Positions 58,353 through 64,000 of a DNA stretch of 64,000 nucleotides are shown here, one piece after another (positions within the stretch are counted from its first letter, which is position 1; each line of letters starts with the position of its first letter). The translations under genes were made by a program, and so were the position numbers. A model generated the notes under the pieces. The model did no database searches and was not told where the DNA came from. It saw only the letters and a list, made by a program, of their open reading frames with translations. Source of the stretch: Candidatus Multivoradales bacterium (GTDB lineage: Bacteria > Acidobacteriota > Thermoanaerobaculia > Multivoradales > JAHEKO01); NCBI GenBank assembly GCA_965248055.1, contig CBDFIJ010000004.1:3200001-3264000 (forward strand), written 5' to 3'.

Positions 58353-60392
58353 GTGGACACGGAACCCTTGAATCCATCGACCTCGGCAGCCAACGGCTCC
58401 GGGGGTGCTTCCAACGACGTAAGCCTGACCCCAGGCAAACGCGTCCTTTTTCTCACCAAAGACCCTGATCTGATTCGGCGACAGCTCGCCGGAGAACTCG
58501 ACCTAACGATGGATGACCTCAATCCAGATGAACTTCTGGACGACATCAATACCGACGCCATGACGCCGGCTTGGGTGTGTTTCAGTCATCGTCCTGAGGA
58601 TCTGGCTAAGGACGCTTATGCCGGATTGGTCGTCGATGGGGAACGCTTGTTTCCTCATCGCGCGCTGATCGATGGTGGCTTCGAGGTCATCGTTTCGGGA
58701 CAGCGCAAGGGGGTTGGCAGTTCACGCGAGACCGCGGTCCAAGCAGAGAAGTGGAGCGGCATCAAGATCGCAATCGCTGACTCGTTCGCTCCGATTCACG
58801 CCGCCAACAACATCAATCAGGGCGTCCTGATGGCTGGATACCAGGTTCTAGCCCGCTTGCAGGGCGGCGAGTCGGTGCCGTTCTCGGCCTTTACCGAGGG
58901 TCGAGATCCGATCTCGCAGCGAGTCATCGAACACGGTGGGCTGTTTAACTTTGCCCGTGCGATCGCCACTGGGGAATTGGAGATTCCTACTCCGACCCAT
59001 GCGGTCGGTCCGATGACCATGGCGGAAAAAATCCTTGTGCAGCACTGCTTGGGAGAGGTGGAAACCGTACGTCCAGGCGACTCGGTGATGGTGCGAGTGG
59101 ACGCCGGATATTCGCATGAGTTCACCACCGCGCAAGTCGACTACTTTCTGCGTCAGGAATACGGTGATCAATACCAAATCCACGACGCGTCCCATTTTGC
59201 AGTTTTCGAGGATCACCTGATCTACGCCGAGCAGGTACCGAAGCTGCAGCCGTTTTTGCCAAAGATTCAGATCTTGCGCGACCTGCAACAGGAGTTCCAG
59301 AGTCATACCAAGGTCCAAGACTTCTCGGCCCAGGATGGAGTTTCCCCCGGGATCTGCCACGAAGTGGCGCGGCAAAAGTTGATCTCTCCCGGACAGTTCG
59401 TCCAGGCAACCGACAGCCACACCTGCATGGGCGGCTGCAACAACGCCTTGGCCTGGGGGGTTGGAGCCACCGAATACGCCAACCTGATTCATGCGGGTTT
59501 CACCCAGGTCGAAGTGCCGGAGTCGATCCGCTTTGAGCTTTCCGGCAGCCTGTCCGAAGGGGTGACCGCCAAAGACCTGATGCTGCACCTGTTGCTGCAT
59601 TTCGCCAAACCCCAAGCCACTCTCAAACGGGTGATTGAGTTCACCGGTCCGGGATTGGCGTCTCTGTCAATGGACGAACGCGCCACGTTGACCAATATGG
59701 CGACCGAATGTTCGGCGCGCACCGCGATTGTCGGAGCCGACGAAACCACCTTTACCTGGTTGGCCGAGCATAGACCTGAAGTCGACCTGGCTACCGCCCG
59801 TTCTTCCGCAGTAGCTCCTGACCCCGGTGCGCAATACGCTGGCGGTGTGCATTCCATTGACTTGTCCGAACTCCAGCCGATGCTGGCCCATCCCGGTGAT
59901 CCAGACCGCGGTATTCCTTCGGACCCGACCAACGGGGTTTCGGTGGCCGATGTTGGCCAAGTTGCCATCGATATCGCCTATGGCGGTAGCTGCACCGCGG
60001 GCAAGGTTGACGACCTACGCTTTTACCACCAAGTGGTGCGGGAGGCGGTCAACGCAGGGCGTCAGGTCGCTGACGGTGTGCGTTTTTATATTCAGTGCGG
60101 CTCCCAAGAGGTGGAGGACTTTTGCCGCCAAGAGGGATTTCTTGAGACCTTTGATCTGGCTGGGGTTCAATTGATCAAGCCGGGGTGCGGTGCTTGTATC
60201 GGTTGCGGCCCGGGAGTTTCCGACCGACCGGACCAAGTCACCGTGTCGGCGATCAACCGTAACTACAAAGGCCGTTCCGGCCCTGGACGGCTGTACCTCG
60301 CTTCGCCCTATACCGTCGCTGCCTCAGCCTTCACCGGCACCATCAGTGCCTATCGTCCCGGAATGTTTACCGAGACGGAGGCGATCAATTGA
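58353..60392 (+). CDS. Aconitase-family hydratase, swivel (LeuD-like) domain fused N-terminal to the LeuC-like Fe-S domain
   Basis: DINTD and GSSRE at N-terminus; then MTMAEKIL, DH, TDSHT, GGSCT, GCGACIG, NRNY.GR, YLASP. Confidence 0.88.
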   Translation: MDTEPLNPSTSAANGSGGASNDVSLTPGKRVLFLTKDPDLIRRQLAGELDLTMDDLNPDELLDDINTDAMTPAWVCFSHRPEDLAKDAYAGLVVDGERLFPHRALIDGGFEVIVSGQRKGVGSSRETAVQAEKWSGIKIAIADSFAPIHAANNINQGVLMAGYQVLARLQGGESVPFSAFTEGRDPISQRVIEHGGLFNFARAIATGELEIPTPTHAVGPMTMAEKILVQHCLGEVETVRPGDSVMVRVDAGYSHEFTTAQVDYFLRQEYGDQYQIHDASHFAVFEDHLIYAEQVPKLQPFLPKIQILRDLQQEFQSHTKVQDFSAQDGVSPGICHEVARQKLISPGQFVQATDSHTCMGGCNNALAWGVGATEYANLIHAGFTQVEVPESIRFELSGSLSEGVTAKDLMLHLLLHFAKPQATLKRVIEFTGPGLASLSMDERATLTNMATECSARTAIVGADETTFTWLAEHRPEVDLATARSSAVAPDPGAQYAGGVHSIDLSELQPMLAHPGDPDRGIPSDPTNGVSVADVGQVAIDIAYGGSCTAGKVDDLRFYHQVVREAVNAGRQVADGVRFYIQCGSQEVEDFCRQEGFLETFDLAGVQLIKPGCGACIGCGPGVSDRPDQVTVSAINRNYKGRSGPGRLYLASPYTVAASAFTGTISAYRPGMFTETEAIN

Positions 60393-61414
60393 CACGCACC
60401 GTCAAACTCGGCCGGGTGCTACGCGGCGGGATGGAGGACTATGAGTTCGTCGGCGCATTGTGCGCGACCGACCTAGAGGGCAAGGTCGTCGCCGCAGTCG
60501 GAAAACCTAACCACCAAGCGTTCACTCGCTCTGCGGCCAAACCGGTGCAAGCTCTCCCTCTGGCGCTTGCCGCCGATGACGCCGGCCTGGATATCCCTTT
60601 GGATCTCATGGCGTTAGCCTGCGCTTCTCACTCTGGACGCCCCGAGCACGTGGATGGGGTTCGGCGACTGTTGCAACTCGGCGACCTGAACCCGGAAGAC
60701 TTGCAATGTGGAGTGCATCCGCCGTTCGACGCCGAATCGCGCAATCGCCTCAGCGCTGCGGGCCAGGTGCCGACTCTGTTGCACAACAATTGCTCTGGCA
60801 AGCACGCTGGCATGCTGCTGGCTTGCCGCTTGTTGGAGCTGCCGACTAAAACCTACTTGGATCAGCAACACCCACTACAGCGATTGATCTTCGGCCACTT
60901 TCTCGAAGTCGGTCAGTTTTCCGAGGACCAGGTCGGAGTGGCGGTCGATGGGTGTGGCGTTCCTTGCTACCGGGTGCCGTTGAGTGATGCCGCGGCCATC
61001 TATGCTCGGCTGGCCAATCAGGCATGGCCGAAACTGACCGAGAGTCGAGGTCAAGCCTTGGCCAAACTTTCCCAGGCGATGCTCAAGCACCCAGAAATGG
61101 TGGCCGGTCCTGGGCGGTTTACCACCGAATTGATGCTCGCCACTCAAGGCCGAATTCTCGCCAAAGAAGGGACTTCGGGGTTCTACGCAGTCGGCGTCCG
61201 GGGATCGAGTCCGATGGGCTTGGCTCTCAAAGTGACCCCAGGATCTGAAGAGATTCGCGCGGCGGTGGTGATCGAGGCGCTTTTCCAACTGGGCTGTTTG
61301 GACACAGCCGAACGCCAGCAGCTCAGCGCATTCGACTGCGCTCCAGTCGCCAACCATGCGGGGACTGTGGTGGGTGCGGTGGAAGTGAATCTACCTAATT
61401 TCCGATTTCTCTGA
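60389..61414 (+). CDS. L-asparaginase II (Rhizobium-type) family protein
   Basis: RSAAKPVQ, ASHSG, HNNCSGKHAGML, DGCGVP, AKEG. Confidence 0.88.
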   Translation: MTRTVKLGRVLRGGMEDYEFVGALCATDLEGKVVAAVGKPNHQAFTRSAAKPVQALPLALAADDAGLDIPLDLMALACASHSGRPEHVDGVRRLLQLGDLNPEDLQCGVHPPFDAESRNRLSAAGQVPTLLHNNCSGKHAGMLLACRLLELPTKTYLDQQHPLQRLIFGHFLEVGQFSEDQVGVAVDGCGVPCYRVPLSDAAAIYARLANQAWPKLTESRGQALAKLSQAMLKHPEMVAGPGRFTTELMLATQGRILAKEGTSGFYAVGVRGSSPMGLALKVTPGSEEIRAAVVIEALFQLGCLDTAERQQLSAFDCAPVANHAGTVVGAVEVNLPNFRFL

Positions 61415-61739
61415 TCGGCATCAGTTCTGCCCTAGGACGTCTTTCACCGGTTACCTCCAGCCCCGATAGGCTCTTTGTCTCTGGCGCTTGAACTCTCTTG
61501 GGACGCTATGTCGCATCCCAAGAAGCCCTCATTTGATCGCGCTGGCCAAGGGTGCGACTCGTCCATGTCCTCGCTCCAAGCCTAAACAAGCTGTCCGCAT
61601 TGGGATCTACACAGATAGCCATTGAGTCTTTCGACCTGTTTGACCCATTTCGCGCTGGTGGACTCCGAAAGGAAACAACTGACTCTTTGGTCACACGGAG
61701 AGCCGCTGGCCGAGCAACGACCTAAAGGAGAACATTCCC

Positions 61740-62162
61740 ATGGCAAAGCAAGAATTCGCAACCCCCGTTGAAAAACTTTCGGCCGCCAAGGTCAAAGCGA
61801 TCAAAGGAAAGAGACTCAATCTCACGGCATTGCTCGGCCGCTGGCACAATTGCGACAAGGATACCCGCGGATTGGTCGAGGTACGGCTTGGCCGACGAGC
61901 AGGGGTACTGGTGGTTCATCCTTTCGGCGCCTGTCACCCCACGCCTTGTGATTGGGGTCGCCGCAGAGGCCTTGCCTATTCCGAGAGCGTCAGTTCCGTC
62001 GATACCATTGCCTTTACCGCGACCTTCAAGTTCAGCTTCAAAGAGACCATCGTTACCGGTCATCTGTGCAAGGGCTGCTTGGTTGTAGAGACCTACAATC
62101 ACTTCACCGACGGAAGCGGGCGCTGCGACTATCACTCCCGTAACTGCTTCTGCCGCAAGTAG
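61740..62162 (+). CDS. Hypothetical Cys-rich beta-strand-rich protein
   Basis: AAAGGAG RBS; 140 aa; GRWHN..TRG, FGACHPTPCDWG, FTDGSGRCDY; 8 Cys. Confidence 0.75.
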   Translation: MAKQEFATPVEKLSAAKVKAIKGKRLNLTALLGRWHNCDKDTRGLVEVRLGRRAGVLVVHPFGACHPTPCDWGRRRGLAYSESVSSVDTIAFTATFKFSFKETIVTGHLCKGCLVVETYNHFTDGSGRCDYHSRNCFCRK

Positions 62163-62330
62163 AAACGGTCCTTTGACCGGCAAATTGAGCCACCTCAATA
62201 GATCGCGACATGGTTTCAGGGAATGACCCGTTCTTGGGGTTATCCGGCGCGAGACGTGGAAATCACTCAATGTCTATCCGTCAATATCTGCGCGTCTTAA
62301 GAAACCTTGCTGGTGTGATTAGGAGAGTTT

Positions 62331-64000
62331 ATGACTAAGGACGCGGAAGCAATTAGGGTCAAGTTGGAGAATCAATTTGAGCGTGTCAATGGTTACTTGC
62401 TCAACGCGGTTGAGGACGCTCCTGACTTCCGTGACTTCCCCTACCAGCCCGCACTATTGAAAATGCAGGATGCGGTTGAAGCAGCTACAACCAGTCGGGT
62501 ACTCGATCAGGGCCAAGAGGGCGCTTGCACCGGATTCGGGTTGGCCACGGTGATCAACATATTGCTTGCTGGTCGCGGGAGTAATCGTCGGGTGAGTCCG
62601 CGGATGCTCTACGAAATGGCAAAAAAATATGACGAGTGGAAGGGAGAAGAGTATTCCGGTTCGAGCTGTCGAGGGGCCATCAGGGGTTGGCACAGCATGG
62701 GCGCTTGTTCGGACCAACTGGCACCCTACGTGGCGTCTCAGAAGGATTGGGCGTTGACTGTGAAACAAGCGAAGGACGCCCGCGCCACCACGATTGGAGC
62801 CTATTATCGCGTTAACAAACGCTTGTCGGACTACCATGCTGCTCTTAATGAAGCTGGGGCACTCTACGCGAGTGCTCAGGTGCATAAAGGCTGGCAACGG
62901 GGATCAGCTAAGAAAGGCAAAATTCCATATAAATCGGAATCCATTGGTGGTCACGCTTTCGCCATAGTCGGCTACAACAGTGATGGATTTTGGGTGCAGA
63001 ATTCCTGGGGTCCCAATTGGGGTGACAACGGGGTCGCGTTGTGGACCTACGAGGATTGGTTGGAAAACATCCGCGATGCTTGGGTGGTTCGCCTGGCGCT
63101 CTCGACGCCGCAGATATGGCACCTCACGCCGCCCGCCTCGACACAACAGGGGTTTGAGGAAGGATTATTCAAGCGCAGTCCGAAACGGTCGGAGATCGTT
63201 GGCCATTTCGTACACATTGACGACGGCGACTTTGACGAAGAAGGCAAGTACTGGGCTGATCTAACGACTGTTCAGCAAACAGCCGAACTGGTCGCCAGGA
63301 GTAATAAATATGACCACCTTTTGTTGTACGCGCATGGAGGCTTAAACAGCACCACGGCCTCGGCTCGCCGCATCGTCGCTATGAAGGAAGTATTCAAAGA
63401 GAATCGTATCTATCCCTTCCACTTCATGTATGACACAGGACTTCTGGAGGAGATCAAGGATCTGGTAATCGGCAAGAGGCGAGAAGTAGAGGAGCGAGCG
63501 GGCGGCTTTACCGACTTTACAGACAAGCTAATCGAGAAGGCGACTCGGCATGCGGGTCGTGCGATTTGGCGAGAGATGAAGTTCGGTGCTCAAAAACCGT
63601 TCGACAAGGATCGGGCCGGCCGAAAAACGATCGCTGCCTTTGTCGAAGCACTGGCTCAACCGCAAGCTATCGCTAAGAAACTACACATGGTCGGGTACAG
63701 TACCGGCTCAATCCTGCTTGCTCGTTTGCTTGAAGCGCTTGAAGACTTGGAAGTTCCGCCACGGGTCCACACTTGCCAACTCTTGGCCCCGGCGTGTGAC
63801 CACGACACCTTCAACGAGGTATATCGTCGATTGCTCAAACAGCGAGATAGTAAGAAGTTTGGCATTGGTCAATTGAAGATCTACAACCTCAGTGCCGATC
63901 TGGAACTCAATGACACAGTTACTCCGCTCTATCGCAAATCATTGCTTTATCTGGTTTCCAATGCGTTCGAGGAAAAACGTGGTGAAAGGATCCTTGGCAT
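62331..64000 (+). CDS. Papain-like (C1) cysteine peptidase fused to an alpha/beta-hydrolase-like domain (runs off the window)
   Basis: Not in ORF track. AGGAG RBS, ATG 62331, open to the end: PDFRD, DQGQEGACTGF (Cys), GGHAFAIVGY (His), QNSWG (Asn), then YAHGGLNS, VGYSTG, LLAPAC. Confidence 0.88.
   Translation, partial: MTKDAEAIRVKLENQFERVNGYLLNAVEDAPDFRDFPYQPALLKMQDAVEAATTSRVLDQGQEGACTGFGLATVINILLAGRGSNRRVSPRMLYEMAKKYDEWKGEEYSGSSCRGAIRGWHSMGACSDQLAPYVASQKDWALTVKQAKDARATTIGAYYRVNKRLSDYHAALNEAGALYASAQVHKGWQRGSAKKGKIPYKSESIGGHAFAIVGYNSDGFWVQNSWGPNWGDNGVALWTYEDWLENIRDAWVVRLALSTPQIWHLTPPASTQQGFEEGLFKRSPKRSEIVGHFVHIDDGDFDEEGKYWADLTTVQQTAELVARSNKYDHLLLYAHGGLNSTTASARRIVAMKEVFKENRIYPFHFMYDTGLLEEIKDLVIGKRREVEERAGGFTDFTDKLIEKATRHAGRAIWREMKFGAQKPFDKDRAGRKTIAAFVEALAQPQAIAKKLHMVGYSTGSILLARLLEALEDLEVPPRVHTCQLLAPACDHDTFNEVYRRLLKQRDSKKFGIGQLKIYNLSADLELNDTVTPLYRKSLLYLVSNAFEEKRGERILG

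Noticed and set aside
50311-60392. Alpha-aminoadipate lysine pathway (dehydrogenase + aminotransferase + ArgE + aconitase-like)
   Set aside because: The dehydrogenase has the isocitrate-type FRSVNV motif, the genes are not one operon, and no lysW/lysX/homocitrate synthase is present
62454-63876. Short ORFs listed in the track at 62.4-63.9 kb
   Set aside because: All are alternate-frame or antisense shadows of the long peptidase ORF starting at 62331

Overview
GC-rich bacterial chromosome segment. Gene order and protein style suggest Acidobacteriota or a related deep lineage (inference only). Most of the window is housekeeping: trxB, ferritin, tsaB, mutS, ssb, dtd, HU, thiL-lon-nrdR, hrcA-grpE-dnaK-dnaJ-prmA-rsmE, pilT-recX-alaS, pgsA-MMPL-ffh-rpsP-khpA-rimM-trmD-rplS-rnhB, an NAD-IDH-like dehydrogenase, dsbD, an aminotransferase, hutF-argE, a fused aconitase-family enzyme and an asparaginase. 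An IS-dense patch at about 11.3-20.3 kb holds IS481, IS5, IS3 and IS630 elements around a SahR-like regulator plus ahcY and a broken CsgG-like gene. An IS256 sits at 25.3-26.7 kb. A probable accessory region starts at about 61.4 kb with a Cys-rich small protein and a papain-like peptidase/alpha-beta-hydrolase fusion that the ORF track missed. Best leads: a decaying 32-bp array grown from a CGTC-type palindromic element, two candidate structured RNAs (11.14-11.31 kb and inside IS481), a window-wide signature of short diverging tandem duplications, a dispersed MglA/SgmX-like/PilT set, overlapping double operators for the SahR-like gene, and an ArgE coupled to hutF. I saw no rRNA, tRNA or true CRISPR array, and I cannot establish a confirmed novel system from sequence alone.
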